A stretch of DNA of 64,000 nucleotides, taken from the NCBI GenBank assembly GCA_012295275.1, contig CM022672.1, forward strand, positions 18,786,001-18,850,000, given 5' to 3'. This document shows, in pieces, positions 1 to 13,505 of this stretch. A program made the position numbers and the translations under genes. The notes under the pieces are model-generated. The model was not told the DNA's origin. It saw nothing but the letters and a program-made list of their open reading frames with translations, and searched no databases. The first letter of the stretch is position 1. Each line of letters opens with the position of its first letter. The stretch is from Chrysomallon squamiferum. Taxonomy: Eukaryota; Animalia; Mollusca.

Positions 1-1022
1 GTAGTAGTAGTAGTTATAATACTAAGTTTTAGTATTAATTGTATTTTATTTTATTTTGTTTTTATTTTTATTTTATTTTTTTTATTTCCATCGAAAGAGA
101 CCTTCTTTGAAAGCCGTGTTGTTTTGGAGATTTTTATTTTTATTTTTATTTTTTCTAATTTCAGCTGTGAATCCTGTGTCACACATCCACTGACTCATAC
201 TTCTGAATTCAGAGCAATGTCTTTCAGTTAATGCATCATTTTTAAATTTGACAACACTAAAGAACTGCATGACAAAACTATGTGGAGTAAACAGTTCATA
301 TTTTAAAAATAATCAAATAAAAATACCAGATCGAAGTAATTATTCTGCATCAGTAGAAATAATAACACTTAACAGGCGTTAACTTTAATAATAAAAAACT
401 AAATCTTAAATCAGAGTTATAATGTTACAAGAAAATAAGTAACAAAAATTTAGATATAACTGTTTCTTACAAATCTGATCATAAATTACATTTGTCAGGA
501 GCGGACTGACATGATGGAGAGAGTCCATATCTGCTCTTTCTATTTTACTTTTTCAACCAGTAGTCTTCATCTTCTTTATTTCTTTATTGTTTTATTATTA
601 ATTTTTATTATTGTTAATATTATTATTATCATTATTATTATTATTTATTCTTTTTTTTAAACTATTTAACATTCATGTATCAAAACAAATTACGTTTTAA
701 AATGCAGGAAAATAAATAATTAAAGTACCTATGAATTCAACTGTCCAAGATAATTTTTGATATTAACTACAATTACATTGCGTTTGTTCTTTTTGTGTCT
801 TGTTAATCTAATCTACAAAAACCGAATGAACAAAATAAATAAAAGAAACACAAAATAATATATTAATAAACAAAAATATCATGAAATAAAAAACTTGAAA
901 TTTTTTTAAAAATTAAAAAAAAAAAAAAAAAAAACACAACAAAAGCAACAAAATTAACACGAAAATGACTACAACTCTAAGCTATCCGTCACTGTATGTA
1001 AGAGAAAATAAATAATGATAAA

Positions 1023-1195
1023 AGTTTTATTTAGCGAGACGCCCAACTCATTTTTGATCTGTAGTTAAATAGAATCTTACTGACTAATTAGCATACCTAT
1101 AATGAGAGAAGAAGCCCTCTGTCGCCGGGCCATAGGCTACTCTTTTCAGATCAGCAGAAAGTAATCTTTTAAATAAGGTTTCCCATAGGCATTGT
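1023..1195 (-). mobile_element. SINE family A, 3' fragment
   Basis: gagagaagaagccctctgtcgcc..ggctactcttttcagatcagcagaaag is similar to the reverse complement of 44550-44610. Confidence 0.55.
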
Positions 1196-1299
1196 CTGGT
1201 GTGTGGGTAAAGTTCAGTGGACTAAAGAAACTAGAGCAACATAGTTTTGCCTCGACCACAGCATTAATATAATTTTATGATCATTATTTATTACATTCA

Positions 1300-1808
1300 A
1301 AGTATAGTATAGTATAGTATAGTACAGTACAGTACAGTACAGTACAGTACAGTACAGTACAGTATAGCATAGCATACATAGCACAGTATAGTATAGCACA
1401 GTCTAGTATATAATAGTACAGTATTGTACAGTACAGTAAAGTACAGTAGTATAGTGTGATGTGGTACAGTATACTGCAGTGGTATACAGTACAGTATAGC
1501 TTGGTACTGTACAGTACAGTATAACTTGGTACTGTACAGTATACCTTGGTACTGTACAGTATAGCTTGGTGCTGTACAGTGTAGTACAGTACAGAAAAGT
1601 ATAGTACAGTACAGTATAGTATAGGCACAGAACAGTACATCACAGTACAAAATAGTATAGAATAGTATAGTATAGTATAGCACAGCATAGCATAGTAAAG
1701 TATAGTACAGTATAGAACAGTATAATATAGTATAGTATAGTATAGTATATAATAGCATAGTATAGTATAGTATAGAATAGTATAGTATAGTATAGCACAG
1801 CGCAGTAT
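1300..1808. repeat. (AGTAT/AGTAC)n pentanucleotide satellite with an internal higher-order unit
   Basis: Direct inspection; cttggtactgtacagta-like unit four times at ~1500, 1525, 1545 and 1565. Confidence 0.9.
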
Positions 1809-2624
1809 AAATAAAAATTAACCACGCTTTGGAAGATGACCAAGATTATATAAATATTTTTTATGTTAACAGAAACTGATTGAACATATTTAAGAACATT
1901 TTTAAAAAATTGGATAAAAAATCTTCTTATAATGTGTGCACGTGGTACTGCTTTGATATATTCATATTTCAATAAATGAGATATAAAACAAAAGTGCCTC
2001 TGTAATGAATGAATGCAAATACAGACTCTTTACTTTGTGCACTTTGCAATTCTAATGCCTCATTAAGCGATCGCTTGCTGAATACAGATATAACAGTATT
2101 TTTTTTTTCATTCATCAGACGGAGATAGAAAAAAAAAAGCCACCTAATCTCTAAAGATCAGTTTACTGAATGTGCAGCGTCTGTCAGACTCAGTGACTCT
2201 GTGGTTAAGCTACGAGTCTTTGACATGTAGGCTCTTAGATCGCATACCCTGGACTGACTTAGTTCATTTTATGGGGATAATTGATTGATTTCGATGGCTT
2301 GAATGTGGAAATCAAAAAATGATTTAACAGTGAAATTAAAAAAAAACAAAAAACAGGAAAGAGTCTGCGAATAATATATTAATATTTATATACAATATTA
2401 CAAAAAATATATATATATATATGTATTTATTGCTAGAGAAATTAATATTATTGAAAAATTGTAACTGACAGGTATCAAATTCAGCATTTATCCTGCGTCA
2501 GTTATAGTTTCTTTCCTTTATTCATAAAATAGAGATTTGCAATTGGAAAATAATAAAAACAGAATAAGAAAAAAATACACTTTACGAGGAATATAATTGA
2601 TTTGGTTGATTCATTTGTACTGAA

Positions 2625-3010
2625 GAAAGAATTGTTTTATTTCACTGTCATCACATTTCTATTTTGAGGACATATGACGTAATACACGTGGTTGTCAGAA
2701 GACAGGAAATCTGAGGTCGACGGGATATGGCTATTTATTTTCATTCAGGCATCTTTTATGAGCATCTTGTTATAAATGGTAAAGCGCAAACCAAGGCTAT
2801 AGAAATATCATTAGCGAGACACTAGCTGTATAGTGATACAGTCGAACAAGTTCACAAGAAGGAGTTGATCCCGACACCTATGACTACTGAACCTTACGAT
2901 TCAACCATTGAACTACAGGCCAGCTCACACCACAACCTTTGATTAACCAGTGTCGTAGAGCATTGGCTAGATCTGGAAATAAGCACTTAAAGAAGCCCTG
3001 AGGAAGATTG
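2625..3010 (-). mobile_element. SINE family A copy plus an adjacent fragment, highly degenerate
   Basis: Minus head gagctggcctgtagttcaatgg..gggatcaactcc at ~2860-2926; tail gaaagaattgttttattt at ~2625. Confidence 0.5.
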
Positions 3011-3534
3011 TTCCTGCAGTCATTCAATAGTTACGTATTCTATCCATGAAACGCTTTACAAAATAACCTCCAAGATTAATTTTCTATAGATCGTCTCAAG
3101 CTAAAAGATGTCAGTTTAGTTCAAATCCCGACAGAAAAGATCACGTTAAGTAAGTGAGCTGATATTCATTTATTGTCCCGCTTAACATATCGCCCTTCAG
3201 TGGAGACAGTTATCATTACGCCAGATATGTTTATATTGCTCAATAGGACAATTCGATGATCAGTAAATATGAACTGTAAATAAGCAGATGGATTTAAAAT
3301 ACGACTGTGCTTTGAGAGTACAAAGAGAATGACCTTTCACTACAGAAATGTCATCATTTGTTCAGAGTCGAAATGAGATAATGGGAAAATAATTAATAAC
3401 TCATTAATAATAGTAGCAATTGTGATAATAATAACAAGAAGAAGAATGACAACGACAACGAATATTATGATGATGATGATGATTATTATTATTATTATTA
3501 TAATTATTATTATTATTGTTATTATTATTATACA

Positions 3535-3536
<2 letters not shown>

Positions 3537-3567
<31 letters not shown>

Positions 3568-3572
3568 AAGAG

Positions 3573-3660
<88 letters not shown>
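3537..3660. repeat. (AG)n microsatellite
   Basis: Direct inspection; other (AG/CT)n tracts at ~14371-14490, 20769-20881, 34140-34244, 46908-47050, 48523-48579 and 51254-51363. Confidence 0.95.
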
Positions 3661-3661
<1 letters not shown>

Positions 3662-3929
3662 AATCATTGTTACATATGTACTTGAGTTATTTTAGCCCAA
3701 ATATAAACAGTCGAAACGATAACCAGATGTCATGCACGTTTACAAAGATAATATTATTGAGTATAATAAGAACTTAGTAAACAAAATAATGCTAGCACGT
3801 TTTAACAATCTCACTTGTTATTGTGCAGTAAGCAAATTCCATATGCCACCAAAATAAAGGTGTATGAATTTACATGATATTTGACCAAAATTTCGGTTTG
3901 TTAAAACAAGTCTTGGGTTTTTATAATTT

Positions 3930-4395
3930 AACATTTAATAGGAAACAACTTTATGAACATTTATTATTTAATATTTGGTTTTAAACATTTTTATATGTGT
4001 TTATTATCGAATATTTAACATTTGTATGTGTATTTATTATTTAGTATGAAACATTTATATCAGTATTTATTATTTAACATGAAACATCTGTATGTGGACT
4101 TAATTTTGAATATAAAGCATTTGTCTACGTATTTATTATTTAATATGAAACACTTTTCTGTGTATTTAACAATAAACATCTTTGTATGTATTTGTCATGC
4201 TTATTTAACATAAAACATTTATATGTGTATTTATTATTTAATATGAAACATTGTACTGTGTATTTATTATTTAATATGAAACACTTGTCTATGTATTTAT
4301 TATTTATTAATATTTAACATATGTCTGTGTATTTACTATTTAATACGAAATATCTTTATGCATATCTTTTATTTAATATTTAATATGAAACACCA
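3930..4395. repeat. Degenerate ~33-bp minisatellite
   Basis: Unit ~tttgtatgtgtatttattatttaatatgaaaca; explains the 11-aa periodicity of ORF 4022-4213. Confidence 0.85.
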
Positions 4396-4435
4396 TTGTA
4401 TTATTTATTTATTTATGTATGGATTTGATTTGTTG

Positions 4436-4519
<84 letters not shown>

Positions 4520-5540
4520 TAAATATCCAATATAGACAGTGTGAGCCCTCGAATGTCTGTCTGTACATAATGGATAAATTACATTCAGTATTTTTATACT
4601 GGTTATGTTTATTTGGATTTCCCGCTTGTAAATGCGGTAACGTACACTATACCCTTAAAGTAACCGATTTTTATTTCAGTGAGGGATGATCCATGCTATT
4701 GTAACAAGAGTAATGAAAAAATATATATAATAATGGTTAGCTATCTTATTGCATTCTATTCTTTAAACAATGTTTTCTAATTAAGATCACATACGAATAT
4801 TAAACTACTTCTCACAAAGATAATTAGTGGTATTCATTTATGATCTCGCGGATAATTAGGTGCATAATATCCTTAAAAACATTGGACACTGTATGATGTT
4901 AATGTGTATTGTTATGCTTTCACCTAATTTTTTATTTTATTTTATTTTTTTTATTTTTTCACTGTACTGGCTGAACCGAACTGAATTGAACTTTAGATAA
5001 GCTCAGGCTGAAGTCTACACTATTACACCTAGTGCAAAGCAATAAATATCACTGTGATGAAAAGAAGTGCATAAATCCATGCGAAAATAAACGCTAGATT
5101 CAAGAACGAAATTTAAAATGTTCTATTTAACGACAGTTACATATCCACACATTTCAGTCTTCTATCATAATTATGCATTTTAAACTTCTATTATAATTAT
5201 GCTTTTTTTTTTAATCTTCTGTTATTAAGTATGATTTATATTACATGAAATACGTTTATAATTCACGCTTTATATAGTTCTCTGAACGTACGCAAAGAAC
5301 AGATAGAAGAGACAAACGATTTACAGTTTTAATAAATCTTGAACAAGCAATATTCAAAACAAAGCATCAGCAGGATTATTTGCACTTACTCGGAGCTTTC
5401 CTTCCCTTGCGGTTCCACTTTCCAAATACATGTCAGTGCAGCTTCAATACGGTCACTTAATACGTGAGCAAAATGAGCACAGTGCTTTAATATAATGCAA
5501 AATTATTGTTTTTGAGAAAACAAAATGAAATTGGTTCTGA

Positions 5541-5581
<41 letters not shown>

Positions 5582-7083
5582 GAGGATCGGGCGAGCCTGA
5601 TTTTCATTCTCTAAGTGATTTCTGTACAAGTGATGTTTTTTTTTACAATTCCCAGTGCTGAATTTTGCTGGGAAAATCCCCGGGTGACGTTTTTGCGTAC
5701 AGCAATTTGAAAACATCTAGTTTAACTGAAAAGAATTTATCGACTGATTATTTTTAGATATTTATGTCACTTTGAATCATTTCCAAATATGATATAAAAT
5801 AAAATTATCTGCGTTCTTTCAAACTCCTCTTTTTATTTTCATAAATAGTGCTTTTTGCCTGTGTTCATCACGAAAGGTATGAATCGATTACCATCGAGAG
5901 AGGAGAAAGAATATTATTTATAGAGAGCATTTCAAAACCTTTAAAAATTGTTCAAATTGTTATATATTCATATATATATATATATGTGTTTGTGTTTGTC
6001 TGGCGTCTGATGTAGAGCGTATTGGCGTTATTCTCTTGTTCTATTGGGCTTATTTCTTTTCTTTTCTTTTCTTTTCTGTTTTTCTTTTTTTCGATAAATG
6101 GTATTGGCGTTCTGTCCATGCATGCTTTTATCGTGAGTGTTCCTTCAGATGAGTGCCAGCTGGATCGGATAAATAACTGAAGACGTGCATCTCTTTACTA
6201 CAGCAAGTATTTCTGTTATTGTGAGAAACTCGGTGCAGTGGAAATAAAACAGAAAATGTTGCATGTTGACATGAATGTCTAGGTTACCGGACTACGATTA
6301 CCTTGATCGCGATTAATGAAAAACGTTTGTGTAAATATTGAAGATTAATGATGAACTTCTATACAAATATTCGAGACTACAGATAACAATAATTTCCGCC
6401 AGTTTTGTAAATGTTTTAAAACATTGTGTCAACTTCATTAGCAGATTTTTCACTCGCTTCTACTGGAGAGAATACGCTGACGTTTGGCTAGGAAACATCG
6501 TTTTCCGATTAGATCTACGATAATTCTGGCTACTATTTTTTTTTTTTTTTTTTAATTTTGAAAGGCAATATCATATGTAGCTCCCAGTTTAAACTGAGTT
6601 ATGTAAGGAATGGAGATGATTTGTTTGAAGAATCTGAAATCTACTTCCTGGTTCAAACGTCTGTGTTATTTCTATAATTTCATAACAGATATAAAATTAC
6701 ATTAGTCTGGACATAGATGAATATCTTAAGACTTACAAACATTAAGTTCATGGTAAGATTCAGCACAAGAAAATCCAAGATTTTGTATGTATGTATGTGT
6801 GTGTATGTATTTAAGTATCTACGTATGTGTGTATGCACGTATCTACATATGTATGTATGCACGTATGTATGTATGTATGTATTTATATGTGTGTGTATGT
6901 AAGTATGTATGTATGTATGTATCTTTGAGTGTATATATTTATGTATATAATTTTCATATAAAACTAGACAACACGAGATTCGATATAGTTAAAATATGTT
7001 GTTTATTATGCATCCAGTATCCAATTGAGCTAAAATTCAAAACAGACTATCGGTGGAGTCTAAAATCCAAGATGGCTGAAATA

Positions 7084-7223
7084 CATGGTTTTTAGTATAA
7101 AACGATAATAACCTTCGTTAAATGAAATCATCTATCCCACTACAACCTATCTCATGGTTTTTAGTATAAAACGATAATAACCTTCGTTAAATGAAATCAT
7201 CTATCCCACTACAACCTATCTCA
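7084..7223. repeat. Perfect 69-bp tandem duplication
   Basis: 7084-7152 is identical to 7153-7221, with CA microhomology at the junction. Confidence 0.95.
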
Positions 7224-8069
7224 GGTCCGAATCCTTCATTACAGCGACACCTTCATTCAAAGATTAGTTATAATTCACTAGCCGGACCCAGGCCAGACTC
7301 CATTAACAAGCAGAGCGCCACCTACAACATACAGGCACAGACAGTAACGAGATTATCTCCCTTGTCACGGTTGTCTGTTCATTTAAGCCAGACGGAGAAA
7401 TATAATGGTCTCAGCGTGGTTAATCCACCTTCGACTATTAGTTTACACAGTTTGCCGTAACAGACTCAAACTGAATTCAAGACACGATGCGGATCTGAAT
7501 AATAAAAGCTAATTTATATAAACACTACTGAGTTCTGAGTTTGTACGTAGTTTAGAACATAAATTAGAAGAAGACTTCAGATTATTAAACCTTTGTATAT
7601 AATATCTATCTATCTATCTACACACACACTGTTTATCTGTCTGTCTGTCTCTCTCTCTCTCTGTATTTATCTATCGTTCTTTCTTTCTTTCTTTCCCTCT
7701 TCCAGAGTCACAGTAGTATTGTAACAACATTGTGATTTCTTCCTTTCTAACTACGGTCACGTGAACAGGGAATTACATGTTCAGAAAGCATCTATCTAGG
7801 AGGTATATTTATATTTATATATTATTAAACATTAAATAAATTAATGCGTTTCCGAATATGTACAAAATTACTAATGTTTTGCATGATGTAAACATATTAT
7901 TTTATTATCTGAATGAGTATTTTATTAATTATTATCATTCTTTTATTTTATTAGAATTTAAATGAGATAATTATTAAAATTGCATTATTATTAACTTATT
8001 AATAAAATTATTATTTGTTATAATTATTATTAACATATTATTATTATTTTAAAATGATTATCGATTAAT

Positions 8070-8089
8070 TATTATTATTAATATGATTA

Positions 8090-8157
<68 letters not shown>

Positions 8158-8176
8158 TTATTATTATTATTATTTA

Positions 8177-8231
<55 letters not shown>
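8070..8231. repeat. (ATT)n microsatellite
   Basis: Direct inspection; others at ~4437-4520, 16880-17072, 37645-37720 and 47780-48025. Confidence 0.95.
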
Positions 8232-8459
8232 CTGGTTTCTTACGTTCTCTACTGAAATCGTTGTCAACGTTTGTTGTGGTATCAGATAATTACCTTTCTT
8301 CACGAGGATGTTGTAATGGATGACAGGAAGTTGCTAACTTCATCTGACTGCTTTGTTTTCTTTTGATGCATTTTTTCCGTCCTCTTGCAATACTAATTAG
8401 TAGTGAGTGATTATAACGCTGTTTTATTTTATTTCATTTTATTTCATTTTGTTTTTCAG

Positions 8460-8516
8460 AACTTACCTCTTTATGTCAACGAACAAAATTCTCAAATTTC
8501 TGTTGTGAATCATCAG
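8460..8516 (+). other. Candidate 57-nt internal exon (unverified)
   Basis: Long U-rich acceptor ..ttttgtttttcag|, donor CAG|gtaaaa, open phase 0-0 frame NLPLYVNEQNSQISVVNHQ; no homology recognised. Confidence 0.25.
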
Positions 8517-8812
8517 GTAAAATAAAAAATAAAATCATTATTGGTGAGGTGTTTTTTTACAACATAGCAGATGATTTGTGCTTCATTATTTTATTATATT
8601 ATAATTGCTTTATTAATTCTTACTTCAACTGCTCTATCGATTTTCTCTCTCTCTCTCTCTCTCTCTCTGACTTTTCTACATATATCTTTCTCCGGCTGTT
8701 CGTCTCCTCATATTTATCTCTGTTAGTCCCTCTCTCTTTCTCTCTATCATATATATCTTATTCCATGTCTTTCTCTATTCTTCTGTCTTTCTGAATACAT
8801 CGAATACACACA

Positions 8813-8847
<35 letters not shown>

Positions 8848-9843
8848 TCACACTCACTCATACATGCGTGGCTATAGACTTATGGAGACAAAAATACAGT
8901 CATGTAAACCTGCGTGGGTGTTTTCGGATCAGATCGTCACCAACCAAGTCATTAGCGAATCCATACAACAAGCACATGAAACAATTCACTGATCCATTTA
9001 ACTGAAAAACTCCATCGATCTTACTAAAGTGCTGTTTTTTTTAAACGCAGCCAGCATTTAGGAAGATTTTTTTTATTTTTCTCTCAAATATTTGCCTCAT
9101 GTTAAATAGGTTTACAGTAGCGTTATTTTAATTACGTTTAAACACCCTTCCAGAGCCTGTGTCGTCTGCATCCCTCCTCCGATATCGGTTGTTTCCCATG
9201 CTGTGCTTTCTTTTGAAACCCTGATCGAGTGTTGCCTTGAGATGAGACACAATTAATGGCTTGTTGAAAAGAAGATGATACTGTTTACGTCTCCGGGAAT
9301 TACAGTTTTCAACGGGCAGAGAGACGAAAGAGTAGGTTTTCGAATATTTTAACCAAGGTCATTTTTCAAAATCGAGCAGTAAAGGTATTGATCCGCGCGT
9401 GAAAAAATAGTTCGTAATTAGCTTGGCGTGTTTGTTTAACAAAATAAGATTTACAGTTCAAAACATGATTGTTTTGAAAAAAAAAAAAAAAAAAAAAATG
9501 TCAAGAAAAACACGTTGTTGTTGTTGTTGTTTTTTAAATCAGAAGAAAATTAAAATTACATCGATTATCTTTTCATGAAAATTCAAAATTGAACAGATAC
9601 TTTTTTTCTTTTGATGTTCATGAGAGCAATAAGCACACACACGCACACCTATATATATATATATATTAAATGTTGTAAGCCAATAACAAAAGAAATTAAA
9701 ACGTACTGAACAGATAAATTATCTAAATATCATTACAAACTGTGAAAATATTTCCTGAACCAATGTTCTATTTTCTCAAGACTTCTGACTCGATTCTAAA
9801 TACGTTCTCTTGCAATCTACCTGCAGCTGAAAAACGTAATCAG

Positions 9844-9874
<31 letters not shown>

Positions 9875-10358
9875 TTAAATCCGAACACGAAATTTTAATA
9901 TAACAGCCGCTAAAAATAGATCTGTTAATGCGTTCTCACGAAATAGTACGAAACTGCGCAGACAGAGTTAGCTTTCTCGGACGCTAGCCGCGACGGACGT
10001 ATTTTCTCAGAAAACGGCTGTCGGAAGCATGGAAGAAAGACGTCTTGACAGACTGATCAGCGTAATTCGGCTGACAAGTTTCACAGTGGAAGACAGCGAT
10101 ACCATACTGAGTGTCGTGTTTTCTCAGAAAATAAAAACACAAAGTCTGAGATCAACATTCGCCGTGAAATCTAAGTTCGGAAGGACAAAGCATAACATTT
10201 CAGCGTGGTGGTATTAAAATATTTCCAGACACTGTGCCTTGAATAATAAATGAAATCTAAATATTTCTGACTCATTCTTTCTTTTTTTTTTTTTTTTTTT
10301 TTTTTTTTCTCTCTATCCATGTTTGTCTCTCTTTCAGATCTCGTTCATTCCGATGTAA

Positions 10359-10489
10359 CTTTTAATTCTTTCACAGATAGATAGATAGTTAAATAGATAG
10401 ATAGATAGATAGATAGATATATAGATATAGATATAGATATATGGATGGATGGATGGAACCATGGAGTACATTTTGGATGGAGATCATAT

Positions 10490-10529
<40 letters not shown>

Positions 10530-10707
10530 TTAGATAGGATAGATAGATAGATTGAAACAGACAGACAGACAGATCAGATAGATAGAACTTTTAATTCTTT
10601 CATAGATAGATAGATAGATAGATAGACAGACAGACATAGATAGATAGATAGATAGATAGAGAGATGGATGGATGGATGGATGGATGGATGGATGGATGGA
10701 TAGATAG

Positions 10708-10765
<58 letters not shown>

Positions 10766-10868
10766 GATTGATATTTATTCACCTATCAAACCATAGTACA
10801 TTTTTAGATCATATAGCTAGATAGATAGATAGATAGATAGACAGACAGATAGATAGATAGATAGTTAT

Positions 10869-10917
<49 letters not shown>

Positions 10918-10950
10918 AAGACAGACACACAGACAGACAGACAGACAGAC

Positions 10951-10993
<43 letters not shown>

Positions 10994-11067
10994 AAAAGAC
11001 ATACAGACAGATAGATAGATAGATAGATATAGACAGACACACAGACAGATCATATAGATAGATAGAT

Positions 11068-11115
<48 letters not shown>

Positions 11116-11185
11116 TAGATAGATAGATAGATATAGATATAGTCACCTATCAAACCATAGTACATTTTTAGATCATATAGCTAGC

Positions 11186-11272
<87 letters not shown>

Positions 11273-11573
11273 GTAGATAGAACAGATAGATAGATAGATA
11301 GAAAGATAGACAGATAGATAGATAGACAGACAGACAGATAGATAGCTAGACAAGCAGACAGACAGAGAGACAGACAGACATAGATATATATATATATATA
11401 TATATATATTCACCTATCAAACCATAGTACATTTTTATATCATATAGCTAGCTAGATAGATAGATAGATTCACCTATCAAACCATAGTAAATTTTTAAAA
11501 GATAGATAGATTGATAGATATAGACAGATATAGATATATCGACCTATCAAACCACAGTAAATTTTTAGATCAT
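10359..11573. repeat. Composite repeat: ~42-bp unique core alternating with (GATA/GACA/GGAT)n tracts
   Basis: tcacctatcaaaccatagtacatttttagatcatatagctag at 10779, 11143 and 11410, partial at 11470 and 11539. Confidence 0.9.
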
Positions 11574-12200
11574 TTAAGAAATGTTCAGAAGCTTTAAACG
11601 GTTTTTGTCAGACGTTGTTGGTGAGATCATCACTGTGTTTTTCACTCCAAGAAAAACTCGAGTAGTATTATCAGTCGTAGCTGGCCAGTATTTAATCAGG
11701 GGGCTTCGTTCTGAAAATAGTCTCTAAACGATAAAATTAAAGGAAACATTATAAAGCCCAAAGAGTCGTGTGCGGTTCTTGACAATTAAATAATATCGAT
11801 CTTTTCGTGTCGTCCTGGCCAAAACGTGACAGACTTCCTCTAACATTTGTTCTATTTCCTCCACCGCTGCCTCGCTTCCCAAATAAGTTTCCACTCCTCT
11901 AGAAAGGTGACAATGGCTTTTAAAAGTGTCGATAAACAAATCAGCCGTGTTGTAGTAAGAAATATGCTTTCCTGCCTGATTAGAAGTGTAGACACTTTAA
12001 AACTGATTAGCTTCTGCTGTGTGTATTTTGTTTGACGGCGGACCAAAGACAAATATTTCAAGCATTTGGTGTCTTCGGGTCCCGTGTCCTGTGGGTGTTG
12101 CATTTTATTTGATCTGTTCGCTTTATTTATTTATTAGTTAGTTAGTTAGTTTGTTTGTTTGTTTGTTTGTTTATTTGTCTTTCCTTTCTCTTTATACTAC

Positions 12201-12233
<33 letters not shown>

Positions 12234-12939
12234 ATATTTATTTTATGTGTTTATTTATATATTTATCAGTTAGTTGTAATTAAAATTAATATATGATATT
12301 AATACTTAGAAGATTTAAATAAAAGTGCATATTTGGCATACAAAATGTGAAAAAGCACTTTTCACAACAACTGATGCAATCTTTCTAAGTGTGTCGCCAT
12401 GCCCACGCGATGTCAGAGAGAAGTTACACCTATTAGTGACGTTTATACAGGCCCAAAAATACACACACGCTGATAGAAATTAATCAGGCTTTGCTTGGGA
12501 AATGAAACAGTTGATTTATCTAAACATCTCTCAGTTACTTAACTCTCAGAGAAATCTTACGCGTTTGGCTTCAAAGACAGATTACGTGTTTTGTCCCTTC
12601 CTCGCTAATTTTTCTTGTGCATTTTATTCTATCTAGGTTTCCTAACTTTGTAAAGTTTTTTTTCTGTTCCTTCTGTCATATTATCAAAGATGTATGAGAT
12701 AAATAAAACTCTAGCTGTTTGTCTTAATTGGAATTGTAAAGTTTTTTTTCTTGTATTAAAAAACATACAAACATTCGTGCGGTTTTGATTACCGTTTTCA
12801 AAGAAGAAATTTAAAAAAAAAAAATTTAAAAAAAAAAATTGGTGTTTATTTGTACTTTCGAAAGTTAAGCCGGCGAATATTGTTCTGTTTGTAACTTTCA
12901 AGTACGTGGAAATTTGATAATGTTTTTAAATTTATGTAT

Positions 12940-13093
12940 TGTATAAATTCATATATGTATATATGTATGTATGTATCTGGGAACATATATGTGTATGTGT
13001 GTATGTATGTATGTATGTATGTATGTATGTATGCATGTATGCATGTATGCATGTATGTATGTATGTATGTATGTATATATGTATGTATGTATG

Positions 13094-13127
<34 letters not shown>

Positions 13128-13222
13128 TGTATGTATGTATGTATGTATGTATGTATGTATGTATATATGTATGTATGTATGTATATATGTATGTATGTAT
13201 GTATATATGTATGTATGTATGC

Positions 13223-13257
<35 letters not shown>

Positions 13258-13505
13258 TGTATCTATCTATCTATGTATGTATGTATGTATATATGCATCT
13301 ATGTATGTATGTATGCACGTAGTAAGTATGTATATGTGTGTAAGTATGTATGTGTGTATGTATGTAAGTATTTATTTATGTATGTATGCACGTATGTATG
13401 TATGTATGTGTGTGTATGTAAGTATATATGTATGTATGTATGCGGGTATATAATTTATGTATGTACGTATCTATGTGTATGTGTGTACATAATATGTATG
13501 TATGT
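12940..13505. repeat. (TATG)n microsatellite
   Basis: Direct inspection; similar tracts at 6786-6930, 18250-18590, 29005-29243, 30852-31085, 41596-41790 and 50806-50878. Confidence 0.95.

Noticed and set aside
82-270. 62-aa minus-strand ORF
   Set aside because: No recognisable motif, includes a KNKNKN low-complexity run, and has no splice support.
5670-5680. Isolated TF-like motifs (GGGAAAATCCC here; TTCTCAGAA at ~10.0 and 10.1 kb; GTTATGTAAC at 20461)
   Set aside because: Short motifs are expected by chance in 64 kb and have no independent support.
10779-11573. CRISPR-like repeat-spacer array
   Set aside because: Spacers are GATA/GACA microsatellites of very unequal length, no cas genes are present, and the context is eukaryotic.
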